This document shows, one piece after another, positions 40,076 to 54,269 of a DNA stretch of 64,000 nt. The number at the start of each line of letters is the position of its first letter. Positions within the stretch are counted from its first letter, which is position 1. The position numbers and the translations under genes are program-made. The notes below the pieces were generated by a model, which saw only the letters and a list, made by a program, of their open reading frames with translations, made no database searches and was not told the DNA's origin. Origin of the DNA: Lama glama (Eukaryota); NCBI GenBank assembly GCA_028534125.1, contig CM052832.1, positions 7,318,001-7,382,000 on the forward strand. Direction: 5' to 3'.

Positions 40076-41479
40076 AAACTGTAGTTCTGAACCTCAGATG
40101 TATTTGGTTCCCCCTCCCACCATTTTGCATAGTTATACTTCTGTCTGCTATGCTTGTTTATCCATCTGTCTAAGATTTACTTTTAAGCAGAGAATTCCTA
40201 AACTTAAAGTCGACTTTATCAGTCTCTAAGAAAACTTAATGACAGGTCCCCTGGCTACTGTGTGTGCAGCTTCTCAATAATTCCGTATTATTTTAGCGTG
40301 TTAAAGGACATAGGCATCTTTTACAAATGAAAAAAACTAAGGCACGAAAATGGTAGAAGATTGGTGAATTTTTGTTAAAATACGTGTATGGATAGTCTGA
40401 ATATTTCAGGTTATTTGAGATCAAAGCCTGTTTTTTGTGTTATATTTGGGACCTTTACCCAGTATTTTTACTCTCAGCTGCTTCACTGATACGGGAGAAA
40501 TACACGCCTTGTAGGATTTTTGTGGAAAAATGTGACCTAATACAGGTGAAAGACATTTTATAAGCTCCAAAACGCTTGTACTAATTCATCTCTTTTTTTA
40601 CATGCCACCAGTAAATCTACTGCTTTTTCTTTTTAGTCACGTGAACTATGTCTTTAACCACATTAGATAATTTATTGAATTGTTTATATTTAATATAGGT
40701 TTAGTATTTCTAAAATGTGAATCTATACTGGAAGAGAATCTTGATGTTTAAGAGATCTGCTCTTTTTTTTTTTTGACGTCCTTGTCAAATACACTTACCT
40801 CTTACGGTTGGAAGTTTAACTGATTCCAAAATTTTGCCCATATCTGCAAAGTCAACCATTGTCACTCAATATAATATTTTATGTAAAAACAACAGTGTTT
40901 CAATATTGGAAAAGTAAACTTGCCATTTTGTCAGGGTTTGGATGTCCTATATTTTAGGATGATCTGATAAGCACATTGGCAATGTACTTTAAGAACCAGT
41001 TTTGCAAAAATAAAAAATTTTTTTTGAAACTCAGTATTTCTGTAAGAGTACTGGATGTGAAAGCACATGGAATAGAAACCTACATTAATATGAGACTGAA
41101 GAAAAATATAATAATGGAACTTTATGTGTCTGAGCAGTCTGTCACTGGGTTTCTGTGTCTGTAGATTAAAAAAAAACTGCTCATGTAGTCAATTAAGACA
41201 TGTGAATGCAGCTTATATTTGTCTGTCTATGGAGAATGTTCATAGTTGACAGATGTTTTAGTATTTTCAATTCAGATACATGTTTTGAGTGCACGTTATG
41301 TTGTAGCTACTGCCCTGTTTACAGCACCCCTCTGAATCAGGCAGAACTTGTTCTTGACACATGGGGAAACTGAACTTGAGAGATTAGTTGATCCTTATTA
41401 CAGGTTCTACCAGGTTGATTAATTATCTTAACAAAAACCCTATGACCATGACTTTTCAGTTTTCTGCCTTACAGCATGT

Positions 41480-42315
41480 GTCTCAAAGCTTCTGCAGAAT
41501 TTCATCTATGCTTGAATATTCCAGTAGTTGTCTCAAACTGAACTTTTGTTTTTTCCTCCCTTTCCAATCTTCCTGATCTTGGTAAATGGTACCGCCATTC
41601 AACCAGTTGCTCCTGCTCCAAAGTCCGGAGTCTTTCTTGACGGCTCTCCGCTCACACCCCACATCTAACTCAGCAGCAAACTGGCTCTGCCTTCAAATAT
41701 ATCCCAGAAATCTGACCACTCATCACCATCTCCACTCGTCACAAGAAGCCGCTGCCATCTCTTGTCTGTACAGCTTCAGGAGCTTTCTCGCTGGTCTCCT
41801 TGCTTGTACCTTTGCTCCCTTATAGTATATTCTCACGGCTGCTGGAGTTATCTTTTTAAAACCTAAAACGTTTCAGGTCACTTCCCTTTTCACAGTTCTG
41901 TAATAGCCTCACGTTACACTCAACTAAAATTTAACCCTTGGGGCCTTCTGGGCTGTGTGTCATCTGGCCTCTTGCTGACTCTCGGACCTTGTTTGCTGCT
42001 GCTTGTGCCCTTTGCTCACGGCGTTCTAGCCACGCTGGCCTCAGAATCTTGGTACTTTGCTGTTCTTTTTTGTCTGGAAGTTCTCCAGACTCCCCTCTTT
42101 GACTTTGTGGAGATCTTATATTAAATGTCACCTCCTGGTTGATATCAGCTTGTTTAATTTGTTTTCATAGTGTTTGTCAATACCTCAGATTATATTTAGT
42201 TGCTTGTCTCCTGCTTTATAATATAGTTCTTGTCTAGCTTCGTCACTGCACTCACCCTCGCTCTTACCACAGTGTGACTTGTTGAAGGTGCCCAGTAAAT
42301 AGTTCTGAGTGAATA
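41480..42315 (+). mobile_element. L2 fragment
   Basis: gtaaatggtaccgccattcaaccagttgctc, ggctctgccttcaaatatatcccagaa and terminal cccagtaaatagttctgagtgaataa. Confidence 0.75.
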
Positions 42316-45300
42316 AGCCAAAGCACCTGTGGCTCATTGACTTTAAATAGGAGGCCACCTGTATGGTCAGAGGAGGAAGTTGAGAGATGATGTAGTGGCT
42401 TTAGTAGAGGAGAGTGGAGGGAGTTACTAAGTAAAGGCTTTTTATTTCTCTGTGAAGTAGGAGGTGGAGTCATCTGCCAAGAGTTGGGGAGAGATTAGGG
42501 AGCAAAGGTTTATTTTAAACTAAAATAATTAGTATGTACTAAAATATTTAATGTTAAACCAAAAGAATTAGTAAACAAAAACACATCAGAGAAAGGAGAA
42601 TTCCTGACAGTTGTGTATCTGAGGAGGCTTCTTGGAGGTGTCGAGCTTAGGTCCGGCTTCTCTAGACCTTGTGGAGTTGCATAGGGGGAGAGGAAACAAA
42701 AGGTATTGCAAGCAGGGAGGACTTGTCGAGAAAAGGTTCAGAAGAATGTGAGATGGTTCTAGAAGCGGAGAATGTTTCATTTGACTGCTCTGCAAAAGGA
42801 GGCAGGAGAGGTCAGGTGAGACTGATTTGAGACAAATTTTATCTTCCCGGGAAAGCAGAGCTATTTGGGGCTTCGAGATAAAGGAGTAGAAAGAGTGCTG
42901 CGGGGATGATCAGAGTGCCTGGCTATAGCAGGGAAGAAGCTGCAGACTCAAACAAGCCTTGGAGTTTTTGACCTTGTGTGACTGAAGAAGTGTTGCTCTT
43001 ACAGCCAGGGAAGCAGGTTTGGTGGGAGAAATGTACCAGGAGGTAGTATAATATGGTACAGAGAAGAATTTTTTCCATCAGTGAATATGAAGTCTTTGTT
43101 AATTATATTAAAATGGTGGGTCTCCCCTTATAGTTAATAACTTGTCATTTTGATCATTAGGTGTTCCTTATGAATGTTTATCATTTCTTATCTATATTAA
43201 TTACAATCAAGCTGATTTTGGTTAGGAAGTACTTATTCCTGTTCTAGTAGTTTTTAAGAAAAATAATTGCTCAGTGATTGGCGAGGCAGCAGATTTCCCC
43301 AGATCATATATTGCTCTTTGTGGTGCATCATAATTTTCATAGTACGTTCAGTTGTGGATTTACTTCATTTAACGGTAATCCAGTGAGATATGGGTGGTTT
43401 GGATTTGCTCTTATCTGTTTGTGTGTGTGTTTTAAGTTGTAGTTAAATATGGTATATTTTCAGATTGTAACAAGTGTTATATCCCAGTTCAGTTTTCCCA
43501 TAATAATTAACTGGGTCTGATGTTCCTCCCCTTGTTTCATAACATCTTGTGCATTATCTCTAAACACATTCCATTGGGCATGTCTGTAAACTTCAGTCGT
43601 CTGTAAGCTACTACATGGCAGGGAAGTCTTATTTTCTTTGTTAATACCGAGCATCAGCTGTGTCAGGCAGTCAATTAGTTACCAAAATTACAGATAAAAC
43701 AGAATCCCTGTCCTTAAGCAATTACCAGTTTTAAGGATGAGGAACTAAACTACGGTGTGAGAAGTGGTATGATAGATGCATCTTATTTCAGGTTTTGAAC
43801 TCATTCGAAGTATGTAAGTGAATACAAATGATTTTTAGTTAGTTATTAAAATACAATTGGCAGCAGTTTCAGAAAAATGATAAATTATATGTGAATCATC
43901 TGCTCTTTGAATGATTTATTCTACTAGATAACTGAATAGGCACTTGAGTTTTATGCCTTCTAAAGTCCGCTTGACATGGGACATATGTATAAATACATTG
44001 GAATTACCATTGTGTTATCCTAAACACTAGGTATGGAAGTTTAAAAAATTTTCACATTTTAATTTGTTTATTTTTTGCACTCTCAGTGATTGATCATTAT
44101 TTTTCACAGCAGGAGAAATTTATAACACGATGTAACTTGAGGTTTTGTTTCGCTTTTTTTAAACAACAGAACTAAAATGTAGTGTATAATAGAGTTGGCT
44201 TAACCATAATTGCTTCCTGCCTTTGGAGTTCTATGAAAATGAAAATGTTCTGATTATAACAGTTTTCTATTATGTTACGTAGGATGCTCAGGTTATGATG
44301 ATTGAAATTGAGACTCTGTAGTTGTTCACAATCAGTTACATAGGTCTACTGAATTAATTTTTCTCAGCAGTGATATAATAGAAGAAATAATTTAAAAGTT
44401 CCACTTTTAATAAACAGGTAGACTGATTTCACAATCCAGATTTTGACATTGTTTTGAGGGTGTATAATAAAGTAATAAAGGTTTCAACTCAGGTATTTTA
44501 AGCTGAAGATGTTTCATGGTATTTCTTTGGTCATTTAGTCAATAAAAATATGGGCTATAAATAGAAATCCAGTAACATGTTCATAACGCTTTTGTTTAAT
44601 TCACATTTGTGATACATAATTTTACTATTGTTAACATTTTTTATGGTTGCAGTATTTTCTGAGAGAGGGTCTATCCTTAAATTCCATTATTCTTATTAAA
44701 AAATGTTTTTTAAATTCTGGAATAGGCTTTTACAGGTGTGACATAGCATTAGCTATGGGCTTGATAATCAAGTTTAAGTCTAAGTATTAATCAGAGATGA
44801 ACTTACTCCTTGAGTTCACATTTAAACTGTGGCATGTTGAAATAATCTGGGTCTCCATCTGCACATCTGAATTCATTTTGTAAAATATGGCAAACAGCTG
44901 CATTTGAATTGAAAGCTAAAACAACTGCAGGACATTAACTCATTGAGAAGATTACAGTAGGTTTTCAGTTCCATGTTAACTGTATTTATTAGAGAAAATT
45001 GACTTGAGTGCTTCTGCTTTTAACCGACATTTTTTTTTTTTAATGTCTGGGAGATAGGAAATAAAGCATTGAAATGATAGGACTTTGATGTGTAAAGAAG
45101 TTAATGTCTGAAGAAGTTAATTATCTAAATCATCAAACAAAATGTGGGCACAGGAAATAATTATTTTGAAGATTCTAATGAGCTATCAGCTCATCATGTC
45201 AAGAAAGATGTTATTCACCTGTTTGATTTCAAAATTAAATAACTTGACTGTGAAAGGATGATCATGGTTATAATAAACTAGAATTGAGACCTTTACCCTC

Positions 45301-46664
45301 TTACCAATAAATACTCTTGATATGAAACATTTGCAGTAGGGGCACAACCTAAGAAAGCTGTGGTTTTAGTATGAATTTACTTTCTGAAATGTCTCCTCTT
45401 CAGAGAGCGTTAAAGCTGGGTGGCTGAATTTGCAAAATGAAAAAGGGGCATTTGCTCCAGCAGTGTCTCAGGACGCTTGGCCACAGGATAATCCCACAGA
45501 ATGGCGTGCCTTCAAATCTGATATGAGTCATCTTAAATCATGACTGTTTTTGGAGACTGGGGTTAATATGTAATCTTTGCATTTGACATTTTCTCCAGGA
45601 TATCCTATCTTTGTCAGTCTTCTGCTGGGACGTGTGAAACATTTTCTGAGATCATTGGGAAAGCCAAGTTCCTTTTTTATCATGTTGTCCTGATTCTGTA
45701 GGACTGTTCCTGGAAGCACTTGCTTTCCTGTGTTATTTTTCCCTGATCTCGGACTGGTGATATGACTTTTCTTTTTTTTAAACCTGAGTTCCAAATGGTG
45801 ATGGCTGTTTCTTTCCCTATATTATTTGTAGAAAAAAGTACCTACTCCAAAAAAGTCATTGTGAATAAAATGGACAAATTTAGTCTTGAAAAGACTGATG
45901 GTCTCTCATAGCATTAGAATTTTGGTTTTTAGGCTCAGTTGGAGTGAAACATTTTTCCTTTTCTTTCTGTGCTTTTGCATTCTGTCTAGTGGTTTTGGCC
46001 TGGCCCTTAGGGCCCTCAGGTTGGCAGATCATTGGTCCTGCCCCAGAATGATACGGGGCCATTCAGCCCCCCAGGTAGTATGCTGCTTGTCTTAGGTCTC
46101 TGTCCTTTTGCTTTCTCGAAAGCTTCAGATGTGGCCTGTCTCAGGCAGTGGTTTTTGTAGCAGTTTGTTTTTTCTCCTTTCCTCATGGGGCCCAGTCTTT
46201 CCATCTCAGCCCTTGGTGAATGATGCTCTGGTTCAAGTTTCCTTTTGTCAGTTTTAGCCTCCATTGCCCATAGAAGTGGTCAGATTAGAGGACGTATTAA
46301 GATAAATTTGATAGCAATGTGGAGCATGAACTGAAATGCAAAGAGAGGAGCTGTAAAGAGAGCTCAGCAAGGAGAGGAGGATGTAAAAACATGAAGTAGA
46401 GTTTACTTGGCTTCTTACAAATTGTAGGGTGCAGGAGTCAATGAGCTTTTGAGCTAGGCTGTCTGATCACAATAGTGGTGTCAGTAGTGAAAACAACTTA
46501 TTTTATAAGGAAACTGGTATTCGTATTGATTGAGTTGTATTGAGTTCTTTTAGTGAAGATATTCACGTTTCTTAAACTTTGTGACTGAAATAAGGATGAT
46601 CTAAATTTGTCATATAAAAGCTTTTAGCAGATCAAGAAAGGGAGAATTCTTGAGTTCTATTTGT

Positions 46665-46885
46665 AGTAATAGCTAACATTTTGTGTTGACTGTGTGCTAA
46701 GAACTGTTCTGAATACTTTGTGCGTGTTCTTTTAATCTTCACAACAACCTTTAGAGTATGCGATTATCATTCCCATTTTACAGATGAGAAAACTGAAGAA
46801 GGAAGAAGTTAAGAAACTTGCCCCTAGTTTTAGTAAATTAGCAGAGCTGGGATTCTAACCTAGGCAGTCTGACTTCTGACTCCTA
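46665..46885 (-). mobile_element. MIR
   Basis: tttaatcttcacaacaacc...cccattttacagatgagaaaactgaag...aacttgccc core. Confidence 0.9.
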
Positions 46886-47780
46886 ATTATTTTACTGTAT
46901 ATATAGTTTTCTCAGTACTGCTTTATTTTATTATATATTTTAAATTTGTTAATTCTTCTTTAATCTGCAGTATTTTTTAAAGAAAATGATAGTATTGCAA
47001 AGTTTTCATAAGCATGAAATAATAACTAACATTTATTGAGTACTGACTGTGTCCTTGAGGTAAAATTCCTGAGGCTTTTATCTACTTTTACTACTTTAAT
47101 GTTATTTTCACTAATTCTTCTTTATGGGACTGCCACATGCAATAAATAAAACGGCGTACATTAGGATTGGCATTTAGTTTTCCCTTTATACATTGGCTTA
47201 ATTTTATTGGGAAAAGTCATTTTAAATTGATAAGTTATTTAACCATAAGATTATAAAATATCAGAGTGCTAACTTCTGATCTCCTGATTGGCTTTATTTG
47301 TATCGTTTATATTTTAGGCTTTGGTTCAGATGGGAATTAGATTATGCTGTGGTTTTCTAACTTTGTATTTTACAGCTGTACAACTGTTTCTTTAAATGAA
47401 ATCCTACTTGGAACCTCAGTATATAATATAGAAAAATCCGAGTTGTTTTTGTATTCTGGATGGACTCTTAGGGCTCCCTGGAACACATTTTGGAAAACCA
47501 TTGAGCTCTATTAAAATATTTTAATGAGTTTTTTATTCCAGTACATATTACAAAATGTATACTGAAATGTTTATCACCCAAGTGAGTAATTTTTTGATAG
47601 CACACTTGGCTAAGCAGTTTTTTTTAACCTATTTCATTTTAATAAAGATCATTAAGTATGAACAGATCACATTTATGTAAAACAAATCAGAAATGTAAAG
47701 TTTCTATACTTTTTGAAGTAATTTATTAAGTGCTTCCATTTCCCATGCATTCTGTAAGCTTATTTCTCTTTTTTACTTAG

Positions 47781-47881
47781 ATGAATAATACTGCAGCCAG
47801 CCCCATGTCTACTGCCACTTCAAGTAGTGGAAGAGGTACAGGGAAGTCTATCAGCTTTGCAGCAGAATTGCAGAGTATGAT
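47781..47881 (+). CDS. SUPT3H: SUPT3H (SAGA subunit Spt3 homolog) first coding exon, 101 nt
   Basis: Acceptor tttctcttttttacttag|ATG and donor AT|gtaagt. Translates as [33 protein letters not shown](M), which matches the mammalian SUPT3H N-terminus as I recall it. Consistent with the known RUNX2 synteny. Confidence 0.96.
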
Positions 47882-49490
47882 GTAAGTACATCTCTCTCTC
47901 ACTTATCTCTATTTCAAGTTTATTCATGTCGATAAAAGACAACAGAAATAAGATTTATAAAACTTAACTTGGAAATTTGTACTTAATCAAGTAAAAATGG
48001 AATAGCCCGATAACATTTTAAATAACCATATACAGAAGGGACAAATTGGTTAAAAATACTACAGTGATAATGTATTCAAAAAGTAAATATTGGTTCATCT
48101 TTATAAATGAATGAACAATCACAGAAACATTTTTGCTTTATTATCTGCCCAAATCTGTGTCATGGATTATTACTATTTTAGTTTTAGATAGAGAAAATTT
48201 TGAGAGTGATTATGTTCTTGGATAGTTGGAAATATTTTCCCAGAGTTCTCAGTTTTTCTCAAATGTCATAATAATCCTATGAGCCTAACTTAAATTTGTT
48301 TTCAGTTTTGATAATATGTGAAATCACTGTATTTCAGAACTTGAGAAAAAACATAGGACATCTTAAAAACACATTTAGTTTTTGAGAAATTGCAGTCATT
48401 ACTGTTTCTTTCCTAAGCTCTTTTCAACTTGATTTCTGGCTTCTTTTCATTGAGTGAGACTGCATGTCTTGATTTGATGAAAGGTAGTGTATTTATTGGA
48501 AATTTCTGCTGGCACATGTTAGTCTTTCTTTCTTATTGGTTCAGGAGACAATGTTTTGCATAAGGAGGACAACACATTAGAGGTCTTCTTTTCTTATGGA
48601 TACATTATTCATGACATACCCAGCAGCTTGAAAAGAACGTTTCTATTGAAGATTTAAGTGCCTTCCTCTTGTGGATGTAGACTGATAGCCTTCATGGTGG
48701 GTTAACTCCACTGTGTGATGGTTGTTCAGAGGAAAAATGAGTTTGAGCGTATATCTAGCAATTGCTTGGTGAAGATACTTTATTTTTTATTTTATTGTAT
48801 TTATTTTTGTTTCTTTGTTTGTAAGATACTTTAAACCAAATTGGAAACATTTAGGTGATAGATTCTCAAACTTTTTGGTCTTGGGATCCTAATTATCAAA
48901 AGCCTTAATCAGCGGTTTTGATGTTAATTCTGTCTATTAATATTTATTGCTTGGAGTTTAAAACTGAGAAATCAACTGTTTATTAATTTGTTTAAAAAAA
49001 ATAAACCTATTATATGTTAACATAATTAATATATGCCCTGTAAAAATAATTATATTCTAAAAGCAAAAACTGGTAACACATTTTGGTAGATAAGATGAGA
49101 ATAAATGTGTTAATTTAGGAGCTGTATGAGGTAAGGCTGTGTTTTAAATTATGGAAAATTTTAAGGGTTTCTGCTTGAATACACTTGTGTATCTAAGTTT
49201 TATCGTTATAGTTTAGTAGCTTTATACTAAGATGCTTTTATGTTTTGCTATGTTAATTATGTTTAAAAATACTAAACATATTTTAGAATGTTTATACTAA
49301 AGTGAGGAAATTAATTTTCCTGTAGAGTTGATTCATTGATTTACTTTCTATTTTTAAAAACTCTTAATTTTGAAAGTTTCAAACTCATAAAATTATTGGA
49401 ATAGTCTAGTGAACCCCATGGATCCATCATCAGACAAACAATAATTGTGTTTTTTCAGTCTTTAACCTTTCTTCCTACTCTTCATTTATT

Positions 49491-49611
49491 AATTTTGGGG
49501 GGGAGGGGGAGGTACTTAGATTTATTTATTTAATGGAGATACTGGGCATTGAACCCAGGACCTCATGCAAGCTAAGTGGGCACTCTACTACTGAGCTCTT
49601 TACCTCCCCCC
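49491..49611 (-). mobile_element. tRNA-Ala-derived SINE (Vic-1-like)
   Basis: aatggagatactgggcattgaacccaggacctcatgcaagctaag...ctctactactgagct with a short TSD catttatt / catttact. Confidence 0.88.
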
Positions 49612-49731
49612 CATTTACTTTTTTTTTCCTAGATGTGATATTTTAAAGCAAATCCCAGATACCATATTTCAAATTTGGTGTTATATAGTAAAACAATATA
49701 TTTATTAGTAAGTAAAAAAACATGCGCCATA

Positions 49732-49945
49732 GCAGAAGTCAGCAAACTATGGCCATCAGTCCATAGACTGGCTGCTTGTCTTTGAATAAGATTTTCTTGG
49801 ACCACAGTCACTCATCACTTATCTATTATCTTCTCTGCTTTCATGCTATATGGCGGAGTTGAGTATTTGTGACAGAGACCATATGGCCTGTAAAGCTGAA
49901 AATATTGACTCTGTGGCCCTTTACAGAAAGTTTGATGAGCCCTTG
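49732..49945. mobile_element. MER58A-like hAT MITE
   Basis: cagaagtcagcaaactatggcc...acagagaccatatggcctgtaaagctgaaaatatt...ggccctttacagaaagtttgatgagccc. Confidence 0.85.
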
Positions 49946-51697
49946 TCTATGGAAACCGCCCTCCATAAGAGGAAAGCTGTATCTTCTTTTGTCATTTATA
50001 CTTAGGAGAGGTTCTACTTAGTGCATTTGATAGACTGCAGGCCACTTAAGAAAACTGAGAAAAAATAAAAGCTAAATTCAGCACTTTCTTATTAAATACT
50101 TTTGCAAACATCTTCCCAGCTAATGTGCTTAAGCTGGATTCAGAATGTGAAAGTTATTGTTGGCTACAGCTTTGGAAGAAATGTACATTTTCCTTCTATT
50201 TCAGACCTCATAGAGAGGCCACTCCTAATAGTTACATTCATCATTTATGGTCTGAAGTTATTTTTTTCTCCTTATGAATTGCTTCATAGAACAGGAAAAT
50301 AGGGCCAGGATTAGGGGAATCCTTTTTAATTTACCAATATTTTCTATTGGTATAAGGTTTTCAGGCTTTTGATTATATAAAATTAGAATCAATATGCATT
50401 TGATCCTTGCTTATTTGATTTTAAATGAGAAATTGCAAACTTAAGTCTCTGTGTTTGTTTTATGTTGTAGGAATTTCATTCTGTGAATCTCTGCTTTTTT
50501 CTTTTCCTGCATTTTCACAGTTTTTCTGTTGCATTGTACTGCTCTTTTTTAATCCTGTGCTGCTACTGTGTTCCCCACCCATTCATCACTAATGAGCTGT
50601 TTTTTTCTTGGCTCCCTGTCCTCTAAATAAGTAACAGTATTGTTGTGTCATTTCCAGGGGATGGTGTCACTGAAAGTGATTTAGTTGTCGAGCACAAATG
50701 AAATTGTCTTGATCTGCTATTAAATATAGACCTGGCAGCCAGTTTGTTCTCCTGTTAGAGGCTTGACAGGACTGACCATATTTCAAGAGTGGGTGATAAA
50801 TACAGCTAGTTCAGCCTTCCTTAGGAAGTGCTTCTACAGATTTTAAACTAAAGGATGGGCAGTCAGACAGTTGCTGCCAGGTTCGCAGTGCATCTAACTG
50901 AGCACATTTGCTGTATGCTCCTTATCACAGCTCTGTGAATAACACGTGCTGGAAAGTCCAGAGGCTTTTCATTTTTAAGTTATTGAACTGAAGTAGCCTG
51001 TGAGTTAGAAAGTGAAATCTTTTCAATCCACATTGCAGGTATTTTGGCAGACTTCTTAAGAATTTAAATGCACTTCAAGGAATCTTCATTGAACTTTCTC
51101 TTATTTTACTCATTTATAAATTTCTTGCCTTGTTATATTGTACTTTTTCAGGTTTATAGGCCTGGTGATAATGTCAGGTTTCACTGTTTGGTAGTATTTA
51201 ATAATTCTCATGTGACCAAATTTAAAAAAAAAAGCATTTTGTTTGTGTACTGCTTATATTTTATATGAATTTTTCTAAATGAAAATTTAATCCTTATTTA
51301 AAATCCATGGATTGAAAAAAAATTTTCTAAATCAGTTTTCTTTTTGTACGATAAAATTCACTCCTTTAAGTGTGCTATTTTGCAAGTTTTACATTCTTAA
51401 AAATCAACATTATTGAGCCCTTATATGGCAGGGCCTAAATGCCTTCACAATAGTCTGGCAGTAGAGAAGGGTTCTGGAGACCAATAATTGTCATGTAGTA
51501 GGATGTGAAAAATTCCATGGTAGTACCGAGGAGGGGGATATGAACTTCTGAGTGTAAGCTTCCTAACTTTAGGTCTGTACTTGTAACTGCTTCCTGGAAC
51601 GTTCATCGAGTAGTCTGTGAGCACTTTAAACTTAGTATGTCCAAAACTGAACTGATAATTTTCTCTGTAAGATTTGCTTCTTCTCTTAGGAATTTTT

Positions 51698-51820
51698 TTG
51701 CAGGGGGAGGTAATTAGGTTTATTTATTTATTTAGTTTTTTGTAGGAGGTATGGGGATTGAACCCACCACCTCGTGCATGCTAAGCATGTGCTCTACCAC
51801 TTGAGCTGTACCCTCCCCCC
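51698..51820 (-). mobile_element. tRNA-Ala-derived SINE (Vic-1-like)
   Basis: ggggattgaaccc...cgtgcatgctaagcatgtgctctaccacttgagctgtaccctcccc with an 18-bp TSD cttctctta(g/t)gaattttt (51680-51697 / 51821-51838). Confidence 0.93.
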
Positions 51821-52179
51821 CTTCTCTTATGAATTTTTGGGATAAATGGCAACAATCATTTATTCATTGCTACACGAGCCTAGGGCATGGTTGTGTGTGT
51901 GGAATGGTTATCACTTGGCTGTGATTTAGCATTATGAAGTTACAAGCTGTGAAAGAATATATTCCCAGTTCTGTCCTTTCCTTGATCTGACTTTAAAAGG
52001 ACTTAATCTATAAATATTTGAATTAGTAATAGATATTTATTAAACTGACACTGGGTTCCTTCAAACAGTGAGTTTTCCTGGTGCATTTAAGTTTTTCAGG
52101 GAACTGGAGGAAAGAAATTCTTAAAGATAAGAAGGTCTAACATTAGGAAATTATAGTTTCAGATGCTTTAATAATACCA

Positions 52180-52405
52180 TACTAGTGAATGCTATTATGT
52201 GTACCAGGCACTCTCCTGAGTATTTCCATATACTATTTCATTTAATCATCACCCAACCCTATGAGGAGGATACCGGTATTCCCTTTTATAGATAAGGAAA
52301 CTGAGACACAAAGGTAGTAACTCACCAAAAATTGCCATTACAGTAAGTGTAAAACCTCGATTTAAGCCAGGAAGTCTTAACTCCAGAGTTCATGCTCTTG
52401 ACACA
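52180..52405 (-). mobile_element. MIR
   Basis: tatgtgtaccaggcact...tttaatcatcacccaaccctatgagg...agataaggaaactgagacaca. Confidence 0.85.
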
Positions 52406-53991
52406 TTACGTTAAACTACATTGCAATCAACAAAGCTCATTTTGATTTATAACATCTAGCTTACAAATGAGCTTTTACCAACTTGTGTGTGACTAGTGTA
52501 CTGTAATGAAGTAATAATGGGAAAGCTGAGTAATTGTTCAGTTAATTACTGTTATTAGTGATGAGGTCTAATTTTTATAATAAGTATTGCATTAGGCTGC
52601 TATGTTAAGTTGCTTTTCTCATATTATCATAGCATTTATTTCAGTTTCCTATACCTAACCACCAAATCTTTTTAAGCAAGGCCATTATCAGTAACCAAAA
52701 GCAAGTGTAATTTTTCATAGAAATTAAATACTATATACTCCTTATTAGATACTTATATTTGTGATAGTTCATAGTTTTGGCTGTAAACATGGCCCTGTTG
52801 AATATTTAAATGTCTATCCTACTTTTATATTTTATCACTGGTAAATAATATTTTAATTCTTGACATTTAAATTACATTAAAATTTATGGATAAACTTATC
52901 CTTGTACTTTTTTGTGAAATGCATCTGTTTGGAATGTTTTAAGGTATACATACACTGGTTTATAAATATAGTGATAATGAAGAAGATTTTCAAGTTGTAG
53001 TATAAAATTGGTCACAGTCTTTCCTGAAAGTGAGAAAATGCAAAAGTTGATTGAGAATATACAGGCACTGTGTAAGTGAAAGTTTATATACTTTTTGCCT
53101 TTCAGAAATGAGATAAGGTAATGTTTAAGTTGCTAGATCCAACTGAATTAAGTCCTTGCATTGAAAGAATGTATCTTCTTATAAATGTGAGAAAATAAAA
53201 TTTTCAGTTTACATTTAAATATCTCTGTCAATTATTTCATGAAAAGAAAATACCTAGGCCTTTTATTTTAGGATAGCATGCATGTAATTACCAGAGGGAA
53301 AAAACATTTTGCTCAGCCTTAGAAATGAATTCTTGAAATTCAGGGAAATGGAGTTGTTTTAATAATTTGGTGAGAAAATCCTTAGCTGTGTCGGGGAAAA
53401 ACAGATAAAAATTTAGAAAAATGACCAATTTGTCATTCTAAGATTGCAGTGCTGTGTGGTTGCAAGTTATTACACCAGTCAGTGGGAGCATCTGTTTGGA
53501 ACGAATTTCGTGACAGAACCAAGACCTACCTGATATTCAGTTATTCATTGACTTCACTGATCTTTAGTGTTAATATTTGTATGTTAAATATTATATGATT
53601 ATATAGTATACTGTGTTCCTGAGTTCTTCACTAGACCCTGCTGAAGGTGTTATGTAGCATATGGTTTTTGTGTTGTATTGACTTTCTAAAATCTGAAAAC
53701 TTCTGAATTCTGAAATACATCTTTCAGATAAGGCATTGTGGATTTGTATCTATCTCATAGGGTTTACATGAAAACTAAATGAGATGCCGCATCAAAGCAT
53801 ATAGTTTTGTTCCTGGCACATAATAAACACTGTCTTGTTAGTTGTTATGATTGCATTTAGAAGAATAATTATCATTATCAACATGTTGATTTAGAAAGTT
53901 TATTATAAAAATGTTTCAAGTGCAGGGGGCAATGTTTGTAGTTTTATGGGCAGAAGTTTTATAGAGAAAAAAATTGATTTGTCTGTATAAT

Positions 53992-54169
53992 AGTGTGCTG
54001 TTCAGTAGAACTTTCTGTAGTGATAGGAATTTCTGTTTCTACGCTCTCCAGTGTGATAGCCACTAACCACATGTAGTGAGCACATTAAATGAGCTAGGCA
54101 ACTGAGCAACTGAATTTTGCATATTTTAATTAATTTAAATTTAAATAGCTACATGTAGCAAGTGGCTAC
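53992..54169. mobile_element. MER3-like MITE truncated by the gap
   Basis: gtgctgttcagtagaactttctg...ttaattaatttaaatttaaatagctacatgt, similar to 36629-36831. Confidence 0.8.
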
Positions 54170-54269
54170 NNNNNNNNNNNNNNNNNNNNNNNNNNNNNNN
54201 NNNNNNNNNNNNNNNNNNNNNNNNNNNNNNNNNNNNNNNNNNNNNNNNNNNNNNNNNNNNNNNNNNNNN
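54170..54269. other. Assembly gap (100 N)
   Basis: Run of exactly 100 N. Confidence 0.99.
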
